In this document: positions 9,700 to 19,123 of the stretch, in pieces
Numbering within the stretch: the stretch's first letter is position 1
Layout of the letters: each line of letters begins with the position of its first letter
DNA from: Bacteroidota bacterium
GTDB lineage: Bacteria > Bacteroidota > Bacteroidia > Bacteroidales > JAAUTT01
DNA: 64,000 bases
Assembly: GCA_020048915.1 (NCBI GenBank)
Contig: JAIFLU010000027.1
Coordinates: 7,614-71,613 of the forward strand
Reading direction: 5' to 3'
Notes under the pieces: model-generated
Database searches by the model: none
Told to the model about the DNA's origin: nothing
What the model saw: only the letters and a program-made list of their open reading frames with translations
Position numbers and translations under genes: made by a program

Positions 9700-12012
9700 T
9701 TATTTCTTAAAAGTCATTTGGCAACTATTGCCTGGTTTTAATATTACTACAGATTTATTCCATAAAGCATTCTCGCCTAACGGTCCCTGAGCTTGTTTAG
9801 ATGATTCCACAAACAATCTTACCTTTGCCTCCGATTTGGTCGTATTAGTAATTTTAACTGTAATTGCCTCTGGTCTGTCTTTTACAATTTGAGCTTCGAT
9901 ATTATCTATTGCACACAAAAACAATTTATCAGGTTGAATATATAATCCGGGTAATTCAATATATGAAAGCATCAGTGCTGTTTCTGCCCAGGTAGATCCA
10001 TACATGAGTTCCCCAATCCCTTCGAGCCAGTCTGTGGAGCTTACACGCTCCGACATCCAGCCGATCTTCATTTTATCAATTGGTCGGATAGGGTGAGAAA
10101 GATATTGTGGCATAACATAGGCAATTTCTTTCAATAGTTGCATATAACGGATCTGGCCGGTTGCGCGGAATAGTCGCCATAGCGCGATACCCGAATATGT
10201 ACAAATTCCGGGAGCTCCATGCCTGTTCTGCGTATTGGCACAAACCATACCTGTTGTTTGTACTCCAAGTTTACCCAGTGCACTATTATCAGGAAACGTA
10301 TAATCGTAGGGCATTACCCAAGTTGTGAATTGGTCGGCCATGTCTTCTGCCATTAAAAGCCATTTTTTATCGAGCGTATATTCATATAGCAACATAAACG
10401 ATTCGAGCATGGCATAGGAAGATTCACTGTCAGGATTTTGCATTGCATCACCCGGTCCACCACAGGTAATTCCCTTTTTTATATAATTGTAATAATAATA
10501 GTCCGCAGAGGATTTGGCAATTTCTATATATTTGGTATTCTCGAAATATTTACCGGCTAATACTAATGCTGCCGGTACTATTGCTCCGCTTGTAGAGCCA
10601 CCAACCACTATTTCTCCGGTTTGGCTATCGACAAAATTACCAAATTGTCCCCATTTCTTCCAAAGATTGACAAACGATTCAGCTACTGTTTGTGTTCCCA
10701 TTTCCCATTCATTCTTAACGGGCATATTTGCTTTTTTCATCAACATTAATTGTTTGATAATGTAATAGAGCCCATCTCCGCTTTTTCGCACCAAATGCCA
10801 GTTTATAGTATTCGGTTTACGAATATCGCCACCATACCAAATGGTACCTTTCTCGCCCGAATCCCAAAAAAAACCTGCAGGGCATAAGCCATTTGGAAAC
10901 AACCAGTCAAAATTCCTTATAACATGCTGCTTACTTGTTTCATTTCCTGCAAAGAGCATCGGATAGGTACTGATCATACCTCCAGTCCAGCCAATTTGCC
11001 AATCCTGTAAAAAATTTTCGCGCATACCAACCGAATAATAACCAAATTCATTGACCCAATTTTGCTCATTAAATTTTGTTTCCTGCACTGAGAAACACGA
11101 AGAAAACGGTATAAATGGTTTTAGAATGGTTTCTCCCAACACATCTTTTCTTATTTCCGAATATCGGTTAAATAAGCCCTGAACCTCATGAGAAGAGAAA
11201 AAGTAAACCCGAAATTTAAGAGTAAATTCATCCCCTGCTTTAAAATCGGGAGCATTGTCAACTGAAGGAGCCTGATTATCAGTAAGGATATATTGATAGT
11301 TTTCACGCACAACGGGTATCGTAAGACTAATCACTGCAGTTTTTCGATCACGCGACTCTTCAATTCCGATTCCGGTATCGCCATATTTTGTGGCTTGATT
11401 TGTTAAAAGCCAGAAGCCTTTTTTATTTTCTTCCGAATGAAAGCCAATTGCCGGAGCGCTCATTGATCCCGATCGCTCCTGAATACGCGAAGGGCCATCG
11501 TTAATATTAAGGCGGGGAATATCCGAAATAAGAGGAGGTTTGTCGGGGCCAATGTCTCTCGAATCTAATAATTTGGGGGAATAACGAATCCGACGGGATT
11601 CGAATCGGTTACCATTATATGTAGCTGCTGGCATAAGCACATAATTGGATTTCGACCAGTTATCGAATGTAAAATCAATGGATATGCTCGTTTGTGGAGA
11701 ATTGCCACTTTCGAGTTTGCACTTAAGTTCAAATTCGATGGCATCTAGCCTATTGTCTGGAGCGGATGTCGATAGTTTTACCTGCCAGGTACCATCCATA
11801 AATTTAATCCGATTTTGTTGCTGGGTTGTTAGCGATTCTTTTAATTCATATCTGGGTTTTGAAAAAAAATTATAGTCGTGGTTCGTAAAACGCACCGAAG
11901 CAGAACAATGGTTCTCCCGGAACCATTGGTTAAAGTCATTTCTATCCTGAGGATACCCTGGTGGAATGAATCCTAACGAAAAGATTGCAACTAGTAGGTT
12001 TGTTTTTATCAT
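9700..12012 (-). CDS. Secreted hypothetical protein, possibly an (alpha/alpha)6-type glycosidase or lyase; family not recognised
   Basis: 770-aa ORF with a signal peptide, 9 nt upstream of the GH88/105 gene on the same strand. No motif that I can assign. Confidence 0.6.
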   Translation of the reverse strand: MIKTNLLVAIFSLGFIPPGYPQDRNDFNQWFRENHCSASVRFTNHDYNFFSKPRYELKESLTTQQQNRIKFMDGTWQVKLSTSAPDNRLDAIEFELKCKLESGNSPQTSISIDFTFDNWSKSNYVLMPAATYNGNRFESRRIRYSPKLLDSRDIGPDKPPLISDIPRLNINDGPSRIQERSGSMSAPAIGFHSEENKKGFWLLTNQATKYGDTGIGIEESRDRKTAVISLTIPVVRENYQYILTDNQAPSVDNAPDFKAGDEFTLKFRVYFFSSHEVQGLFNRYSEIRKDVLGETILKPFIPFSSCFSVQETKFNEQNWVNEFGYYSVGMRENFLQDWQIGWTGGMISTYPMLFAGNETSKQHVIRNFDWLFPNGLCPAGFFWDSGEKGTIWYGGDIRKPNTINWHLVRKSGDGLYYIIKQLMLMKKANMPVKNEWEMGTQTVAESFVNLWKKWGQFGNFVDSQTGEIVVGGSTSGAIVPAALVLAGKYFENTKYIEIAKSSADYYYYNYIKKGITCGGPGDAMQNPDSESSYAMLESFMLLYEYTLDKKWLLMAEDMADQFTTWVMPYDYTFPDNSALGKLGVQTTGMVCANTQNRHGAPGICTYSGIALWRLFRATGQIRYMQLLKEIAYVMPQYLSHPIRPIDKMKIGWMSERVSSTDWLEGIGELMYGSTWAETALMLSYIELPGLYIQPDKLFLCAIDNIEAQIVKDRPEAITVKITNTTKSEAKVRLFVESSKQAQGPLGENALWNKSVVILKPGNSCQMTFKK

Positions 12013-12331
12013 TATAATGGATATGTTTTTGTCAAATTACTGTAATTTAATTTTTTAAAGGTGAGTATTCGATTGTAAAACTGTCTATAATTAACCCTTT
12101 AAGCTAAAAGCTAAACTATGAATTAAGTAAAAAAAAATCATGTGCTATTGTCCCAACCAGCTAGGACTAAAGTTTCAAATGTTAAAGTTTAGGCTGTTTA
12201 ACCAGCCTTGTGGCTATGAATCAAATTCACTTAGTGAAAAATTTCAGCAAAATAAATTACTTTTATTCATACGATTTTAATTACATGCAAATCATATTTT
12301 TTCCGATTGGCTACTTATTATCCATTATTAA

Positions 12332-13498
12332 TTGTCTATGCATTATTTTAAAATGAAAATTGAATTCATTTCAGGAAGTATTTCAGGTATTTTTTATCAA
12401 TTCATATTACTTGTTACTGGATTTCAGCTAATATCCTGCAATCCCGGAGAAAACAATTTAGCAAATCATAATAATCCGGATACAATTGTTTCGGTGATAA
12501 ATAAAAAGGTAGAGGTTGGTTTCTCATTATCTGGCGGAGCATTGATTGATTTCCATTTTCATAGAGATGGAGTGAATCCATTTACCTGGAAGCTTGCAGT
12601 TAATGAATTACCGATAAAAAATATAAAAGGAGCAACCTTTCAAGGGCATTTTTTATGTTTGGGACGTTGGGGTGCCCCTACCTCCGGTGAAATGAAACTT
12701 GGTATGCCTCATAATGGAGAGCCTGCTAATAAATGGTGGATGCTTACGGGGAAAACAGACTACTCAATTACAATGCAGTGTAATGCCCCACTGGAAGGTG
12801 TTTCCATACAAAAAGAGATCGTTTTATCAAAAAATGATGCTTTGATTTCCATTCGCGAGACTTTTTCGAACCAGTTTACTGTTGCCCGAAATTTACCAAT
12901 CGTTCAACATGCAACTATTGGATTGCCATTTTTGGATTCTGCTGTAATAGTAAATTCCAATGCCACCATTGGATTTAACCAAAAGTTTGTTCCCGACTCT
13001 ATTGAAAAATATGAATCGAACTGGCCATACATGATATTAAATACCTCCGGCGACAATATTGATGTTCGCAAGAGTAATGGATTGGAAGGATATGTAGCCA
13101 CGTATGTTATTGAAGATTCGATGGGCTGGGTAGTTGCATATAGTCCCAAATACAAAACATTGATTGGTTATGTATGGCAAACAAACGATTACCCCTGGCT
13201 GCACATCTGGCAAGGCATTAAGGATCAAAAGCTTTGGGCAAAAGGATTGGAGTTCGGCACCACCGGGTTAGGCGATACGGCACCCATAAATCAGCGTTTT
13301 TCATTAAATTTTCATACATATGGGAATAATAATTATTTGGACGCAAAAGCATCGGTTACAAAATCATATTATTGTTTTCAGATAAAGTTGGATCAGGGTT
13401 TTAAAGAGGTAAACAAAATTGCCTGCACTCAGAATGAACTTATTGTTTCTGTTTTAACCGATGCCGGAAATTCTGACATCAAACTATCTTTGAATTAA
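12332..13498 (+). CDS. Hypothetical lipoprotein, possibly with a galactose-mutarotase-like fold
   Basis: 388-aa ORF. Hydrophobic N-terminus ending in LISC (lipobox-like). The fold suggestion is weak and rests only on the H/G-rich beta-sandwich-like stretch FQGHFLCLGRWGAP...GMPHNGEP. Confidence 0.5.
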   Translation: MSMHYFKMKIEFISGSISGIFYQFILLVTGFQLISCNPGENNLANHNNPDTIVSVINKKVEVGFSLSGGALIDFHFHRDGVNPFTWKLAVNELPIKNIKGATFQGHFLCLGRWGAPTSGEMKLGMPHNGEPANKWWMLTGKTDYSITMQCNAPLEGVSIQKEIVLSKNDALISIRETFSNQFTVARNLPIVQHATIGLPFLDSAVIVNSNATIGFNQKFVPDSIEKYESNWPYMILNTSGDNIDVRKSNGLEGYVATYVIEDSMGWVVAYSPKYKTLIGYVWQTNDYPWLHIWQGIKDQKLWAKGLEFGTTGLGDTAPINQRFSLNFHTYGNNNYLDAKASVTKSYYCFQIKLDQGFKEVNKIACTQNELIVSVLTDAGNSDIKLSLN

Positions 13499-13730
13499 AT
13501 AGTTAAAATTTCCGGATAATTAAAAATAACTTTTCTAAACCTAACTACCAAAATATGTGTTCATGTAAAGATTGACAATTTTAACGCTGTTACCCTTGTT
13601 TATAGGCTAAATATAGGCTAGCATCGTACCATTTTTATACCACAAAACAATTTTGAAAAGAGAATCACACTCCATCCAAAATTGTTTTTAGCTTCGTACT
13701 CGTTATTTTGTGACAACGCAAATATGCGAT

Positions 13731-14303
13731 ATGCCTGAAAATAAAAATTTTCGCTTTAATTCACTTACTACTTTCGAAAAACTTTTCGATGATTATTATG
13801 CCATGCTTTGTCTTGTTGCATGCGATATGATAAAAAACAAGCAATTAGCCGAAGAAATTGTAGCCGAAGTATATATTAGTCTTTGGCAAAAACGGGAGTC
13901 TATCGATATTCATACATCTATCCGGGCTTATTTGGTGAAATCAGTTCAAAATCGTTGCTATAATTGGTTTGAGCAAACTAAAACCGAGCGAATGGTTATG
14001 ACCAAGTCACTGGATGTTTCAATGTATGATTCTATTTGGTGGTCTGACGATTATCCGTTGGGGAAATTATTAGAAGCAGAATTAAAAATTGTAATCGACA
14101 AATCGATCAATGCATTGCCCGATCAGTGCAGGGCTATTTTTCTATTAAGCAGAAACGAAGAGTTAACATACGAAGAGATTGCTGCTAAACTTTCTATTTC
14201 GGTGAATACCGTTAAAACACAAATGAAAATTGCACTTTCCAAACTACGGGAAGCATTAAAGGAATACCTGCCAATGCTTCTGGCATTTTTTATCTACAGA
14301 TAA
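13731..14303 (+). CDS. ECF-type RNA polymerase sigma-70 factor
   Basis: Region 2 (AEEIVAEVYISLWQKRE) and a region 4 HTH (ELTYEEIAAKLSISVNTVKTQMKIALSKLR). The ORF track starts at GTG 13710; the first ATG is at 13731. Confidence 0.85.
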   Translation: MPENKNFRFNSLTTFEKLFDDYYAMLCLVACDMIKNKQLAEEIVAEVYISLWQKRESIDIHTSIRAYLVKSVQNRCYNWFEQTKTERMVMTKSLDVSMYDSIWWSDDYPLGKLLEAELKIVIDKSINALPDQCRAIFLLSRNEELTYEEIAAKLSISVNTVKTQMKIALSKLREALKEYLPMLLAFFIYR

Positions 14304-14389
14304 TCTGTGAGTTAATAAATAATTTGGTTTTTTCTTAAAAAAAGCCACTCCCCAATTCACCCTCAAAACGAAATACCCTGTCTGAATAT

Positions 14390-15526
14390 ATGGAAACGAA
14401 AGCTATGGAAAATTTCGACAACAATCTTGAATATTATAACGGGCTAATTATTAATTATTTCAACAATTCCTTGTCAAAGGAAGAAGGGGAAGCTCTTCAC
14501 GTTTGGCTTCAAAAGGATAAAGCAAATAAGCGATATTTTGATGAGTGTCGTGAAGTAATGCTATCGGGCAAACTTACTACTGCCCAAAAGGAATTTAGCT
14601 CTAAAGATGCTTTTCAGCGATTCAAAACTAAGATTGATACCGTTGAAAAGCCAAATCAGGAAAATTCCGACTACCGAAAATTAACTATCTCGCTGGCCAG
14701 GATTGCTGCAATTATTGCAATAGCTTATTTATCAGGAATATTATCTCTTTCGGTTTTTCGAAAAGCAAACTCTCCATTAATTACATTTCAGGAAATTATA
14801 GTGCCAGCAGGTTCAAAAACCAAAGTCCAACTCCCTGATGGCACCGTTGTATGGCTGAACTCCGAAAGTAAGCTTTCGTATGCCAATAATTATAACAAAG
14901 ATAACCGGGAAGTAAAACTCGAGGGGGAAGGGTATTTTAAGGTTGCTCATGACAAAAAACGCCCCTTTATTGTACAAACTTCTAATATATCGGTGCTTGC
15001 TTTAGGGACTGAGTTTAATGTCAAATGTTATCCCAAAGAAGGTTTTATAGAAACAACGTTGGTAAACGGATCTGTTAAAATTGAAGGAAATAGTAAAGAA
15101 AATAAAGAGAATACGGGTACCACAATTTTAAAACCCAATGAAAAGTTAACCTTTATAAAGAAAACGGGCAAGTTATATCTTGCAATAGATTCGTTGCAAT
15201 CCCCGCTCAATAAGGCAAATACTGCGGGTAACTCTGATGATATGGAACGTAAAGAAAGGATGATAATTCGAAAGATAGATCCGGAGCCCTATATTGCCTG
15301 GAAGGAAGACAAACTCGTATTTACGGGAGAAAAGTTTGAAGAAATAAAAGAAAAACTAGAACGCTGGTATGGTGTTTCCATTCAAATTAAAGATCCGGAA
15401 ATTCTTTCGTACAGGTTTAAAGGTTCTTTTGAAAATGAGACTTTAGAACAGGCTTTGGATGCATTGCAATTGGCATCTCATTTTTCTTATTCGATTAATA
15501 AAAACAAAATAATAATCAGTAAATAA
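14390..15526 (+). CDS. FecR-family anti-sigma factor / transmembrane sensor
   Basis: N-terminal anti-sigma region, a single TM (IAAIIAIAYLSGILSLSVF), and a FecR domain motif LPDGTVVWLNSESKLSY...EGEGYFKV. Confidence 0.85.
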   Translation: METKAMENFDNNLEYYNGLIINYFNNSLSKEEGEALHVWLQKDKANKRYFDECREVMLSGKLTTAQKEFSSKDAFQRFKTKIDTVEKPNQENSDYRKLTISLARIAAIIAIAYLSGILSLSVFRKANSPLITFQEIIVPAGSKTKVQLPDGTVVWLNSESKLSYANNYNKDNREVKLEGEGYFKVAHDKKRPFIVQTSNISVLALGTEFNVKCYPKEGFIETTLVNGSVKIEGNSKENKENTGTTILKPNEKLTFIKKTGKLYLAIDSLQSPLNKANTAGNSDDMERKERMIIRKIDPEPYIAWKEDKLVFTGEKFEEIKEKLERWYGVSIQIKDPEILSYRFKGSFENETLEQALDALQLASHFSYSINKNKIIISK

Positions 15527-15583
15527 ACTAAATACTAACTCAAACAGGATACAGCCTATGGGAAAATACCTATAAAAAACAAA

Positions 15584-15612
15584 GGTTGAGAAATGCCCAC
15601 CATTCCTCAACC
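15584..15612 (+). terminator. Hairpin between fecR-like and susC-like genes (possible terminator or attenuator)
   Basis: GGTTGAGAAATG-cccac-CATTCCTCAACC, 11 of 12 positions paired. No clear T-tract. Confidence 0.3.
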
Positions 15613-15661
15613 TCAATTAAATAAGTCAATTTAAAGTTTAACTTCAAATCGGTTCAAAAAT

Positions 15662-18600
15662 ATGAAAAAAACGAACACTAACTGTAGGTGTATCAATATT
15701 TTATTGTATAAAAAATTCCTACTAACTATGAAGCTAATTACCTTGTTTTTAACAGCTTGCATCATGCAAATATCGGCGACTACTTATTCTCAGAGCCAGA
15801 AAATTAGCATGAGCGTAAAAGATTACCCGCTCGAAAAGGTTTTCCAGGAAATTGAGAAACAAACAAATTTTAGGTTTCTCTATCGGTTGGAAAATGTTGA
15901 AAAAGAAACTACCGATCTTAATGCCAGTAATTACAGTCTGGAACAGATACTTAATAAAATTCTTGACAACCGGAACATTACTTATCGGATTTTAGAAAAT
16001 AATCTGGTAGTTATTACACCATCCGAAAAGTTTCAAACTTTTAAAGTAACTGGTGTTGTTATTGATGCAACCACAAAAGAGCCTATTCCCGGTGTAAATA
16101 TTATAGTAGAAGGAACTACTATCGGGGTGGTTTCGGATATCAATGGCAAATATCAGCTAGACATTCCCTCTGAAAATGCAGTAATTCAATTTTCCTACCT
16201 GGGATATATTACAGAGCGCATAGCAGTAAAAGGACAATCGGTCATTGACCTGAATATGGTTGCTGATATTAAAAGCCTTGACGAAGTTATTGTAATAGGT
16301 TATGGAACCAAAGTTCGAAAAGAAGTAACAGGTTCAATAGCCAAGGTTTCTAATTCAGAGCTTTCCCGAAATCTTTCTTCGGATGTAACCGGAGCATTGC
16401 AGGGACGATCAGCTGGTGTTCAAATTACCCAACAGGGTGGCCAACCTGGTTCCGCAATGCGTATTCGGGTTCGTGGTTCCTCATCTATTAATTCATCGGG
16501 CGATCCGTTAATTGTAATTGATGGAGTACCTGTAGCAAATACCGAATTAGGGGGAGCACGTAGCGGGTTATCCGAAATTAACTCCAATGATATTGAATCG
16601 GTTGAGATTTTGAAAGATGCAGCATCAGCTGCTATATATGGGTCTCGTGCCGCCAATGGAGTTATTTTAATCACTACCAAGAAGGGTAAAATCGGGAAAG
16701 ACCGTATTGAAGCGAGTTACGAACAAGGAGTTACCTCGGCAGTAAATAGGGTCGATTTTGTAAATGGCGACGAATACCAGCAATTAGTTGGTCAGTCGAT
16801 AGCTAATCGCGAAGTCTCGGGTTTATCTTCCCTGGCAAATTATTATATTATACCAAATAACCTCTCCGGACAATATGGTTATACCCAAGACTGGCTGAAT
16901 GCAAATCCTACCAATACCAATTGGATGGATCACATCTTAAGAAAAGGAAGTACAAAAAAAGCATCTTTTTCGATGAGTGGCGGAACCGAAAAAACACTAT
17001 TTTACTTTAGTGGAGGATATGAGAATACAGAAGGGATACTTATCGGGAATAAATTTGAGCGTTTTACAGGCCGGTTAAATGTCGACCATACGGTGAATAA
17101 AATGCTGAAAGCCGGAGCAAATGTTTCACTGACTCAGATTATAAATGAAAACAAACAGGGATCATTTTTCTCAGCTGCCCAAACATCGTTACTGCCCATT
17201 TACCCGGTATATGCACCCAATGATCCAACCCGTTATTTCTACGATTACCCTGCCACTTCAATGGCATCGGGAGCTGCACCGCGCGATTGCTTAAACCCTT
17301 TATTCTGGCGCAATAATTATCAGGATCGTACCAGGTCGTTCAGGAGTCTGAATAGTGTTTATTTACAAGCAACTCTATTAAAAGATTTAATTATTAAGAG
17401 TGAATTGGGAGTCGATTTTCGATTTGATAATAACCGGAATTCCAAAACCATATCCTTGTTTCCATTAAATGCATTTGGAAATCAACAAGGAGGTGGAGGA
17501 CGAATTGGAAATTCCCGGTCTCAAAATATTAACCTGGTAAGCAATAATACAGCTTCCTATTTTAAAACACTTGGTAATCATAAATTATCTGCAATGCTTG
17601 GATTAGCAGCCGAGCGGGGACTATCTTCCGGCAATACATCTATTAAAGAGGGGATAACTTCGGAATGGGTAAAGATTGATGGTTCGAAACATGCTGCTGG
17701 TAACGAAAGTGAAAGCGAAGCGCGTCGCGTCTCTTATTTTGGCCGATTCGGTTATGTTTATGGTGGAAAATACATGGCCGAACTTAACCTTCGGCGGGAT
17801 GGGTCCAACAGGTTTGCTTCCGGATTTCGCTGGGGCACCTTTACAGGGGTTTCTGCAGGTTGGATAGTATCGGAGGAAAACTTCATGCAAAATATATCCA
17901 AAGTTTCATTACTTAAACTAAGGGCAAGTTATGGCGAAATAGGGAATGACAATATTGGAGCTTTCAAATATTTAAGTACCGTTTATGTAAACTGGAACGA
18001 TGGAAAATATGCCGGAGATCAGGGCTATTTATTAGCAACCTTGGGAAACAAAAACCTTACCTGGGAAACTACCCGCGAACTCAGTCTTGGTCTGGATTAT
18101 GGAATATTCCAAAACAAAATCTCTGGGAGCGTGGAGTATTACAACAAAAAATCGGTTGATCTTTTGTTGAATGCACCTATCTCCAATGCATACGGATGGT
18201 CGTATACCTCTACCATGCTCGAGAATGTTGGGACTATTACCAATAAAGGCGTTGAGTTTTCATTAAATGCAACTATTGTTGACGCCAATTCTTTTAAATG
18301 GGATGTTGATTTTAACATTGCCAAGAATAAAACAATGGTGGATGAGCTGTTTAAGAATAATGGCCCCAATATACCTGGCACTATGCAGGCCGGAGGTGTG
18401 AGTAATAACAATACGTCTATGCTGATTGAAGGCAAAGATCTGGGCGCATTTTTCCTTCCAATTTATGCCGGTAAAGACCCTGTTTCGGGAGCTGAACTTA
18501 TATACGAAGTGAATCAAACAAAATTGACAAACGAGGGAGTATACGAACTTACCGGTAATGTGATTGATGCTACTAATAATCCGTCTTTGGTGAGTACCAA

Positions 18601-19105
18601 TAAATATTTAATTACGGATAAAAGTCCATTTCCAAAATTCTTTGGGGGTATTGGTTCAACATTCACCTATAAAGGCCTCGATTTGAATTTCCTCTTCTAC
18701 TACCAATACGGAAATTGGATATACGATGCCAATGAATTCTATACTTCGTATCCGGGAGAAGGTAGAAATCTTCGCGCAACGGTCAAGGATAATAAAGATA
18801 TCTCATTCATCTATGGATCGAATTCAGTACAAAGTACCCGTTTTCTGCACGATGGTTCCTATATAAGGTTGCGGAATCTTCAGCTTGGATATTCTCTGCC
18901 TGGAAAAATTCTGAGCAAATTGCACATGAACAATCTGAAGGTGTACGTAGCTGCTCAGAATTTAATTACCTGGACCAAATTTAAAGGTTGGGATCCTGAA
19001 GTTTTCCGAAGCGGAGATACAGATTCAAATGTGTCGCCTGGTATCTCGGAATATCAGTTACCTCAGGTAAAAACTATCCAATTGGGCATTAAAATAGGTA
19101 TCTAA
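15662..19105 (+). CDS. susC: SusC-like TonB-dependent receptor with N-terminal STN (trans-envelope signalling) domain
   Basis: STN domain ISMSVKDYPLEKVFQEIEKQTNFRFLY...LVVITP. Carboxypeptidase-regulatory-like domain VTGVVIDATTKEPIPGVNIIVEG. TonB box DEVIVIGYG. Plug IESVEILKDAASAAIYGSRAANGVILITTKKG. C-terminal beta-barrel ending in QLGIKIGI. Confidence 0.95.
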   Translation: MKKTNTNCRCINILLYKKFLLTMKLITLFLTACIMQISATTYSQSQKISMSVKDYPLEKVFQEIEKQTNFRFLYRLENVEKETTDLNASNYSLEQILNKILDNRNITYRILENNLVVITPSEKFQTFKVTGVVIDATTKEPIPGVNIIVEGTTIGVVSDINGKYQLDIPSENAVIQFSYLGYITERIAVKGQSVIDLNMVADIKSLDEVIVIGYGTKVRKEVTGSIAKVSNSELSRNLSSDVTGALQGRSAGVQITQQGGQPGSAMRIRVRGSSSINSSGDPLIVIDGVPVANTELGGARSGLSEINSNDIESVEILKDAASAAIYGSRAANGVILITTKKGKIGKDRIEASYEQGVTSAVNRVDFVNGDEYQQLVGQSIANREVSGLSSLANYYIIPNNLSGQYGYTQDWLNANPTNTNWMDHILRKGSTKKASFSMSGGTEKTLFYFSGGYENTEGILIGNKFERFTGRLNVDHTVNKMLKAGANVSLTQIINENKQGSFFSAAQTSLLPIYPVYAPNDPTRYFYDYPATSMASGAAPRDCLNPLFWRNNYQDRTRSFRSLNSVYLQATLLKDLIIKSELGVDFRFDNNRNSKTISLFPLNAFGNQQGGGGRIGNSRSQNINLVSNNTASYFKTLGNHKLSAMLGLAAERGLSSGNTSIKEGITSEWVKIDGSKHAAGNESESEARRVSYFGRFGYVYGGKYMAELNLRRDGSNRFASGFRWGTFTGVSAGWIVSEENFMQNISKVSLLKLRASYGEIGNDNIGAFKYLSTVYVNWNDGKYAGDQGYLLATLGNKNLTWETTRELSLGLDYGIFQNKISGSVEYYNKKSVDLLLNAPISNAYGWSYTSTMLENVGTITNKGVEFSLNATIVDANSFKWDVDFNIAKNKTMVDELFKNNGPNIPGTMQAGGVSNNNTSMLIEGKDLGAFFLPIYAGKDPVSGAELIYEVNQTKLTNEGVYELTGNVIDATNNPSLVSTNKYLITDKSPFPKFFGGIGSTFTYKGLDLNFLFYYQYGNWIYDANEFYTSYPGEGRNLRATVKDNKDISFIYGSNSVQSTRFLHDGSYIRLRNLQLGYSLPGKILSKLHMNNLKVYVAAQNLITWTKFKGWDPEVFRSGDTDSNVSPGISEYQLPQVKTIQLGIKIGI

Positions 19106-19123
19106 TCTTTTAAGCTAAAAAAT

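Noticed and set aside
12168-12190. Direct repeat TAAAGTTT-N7-TAAAGTTT in the divergent promoter region, considered as an operator
   Set aside because: Eight-base AT-rich repeats are expected by chance in AT-rich intergenic DNA.
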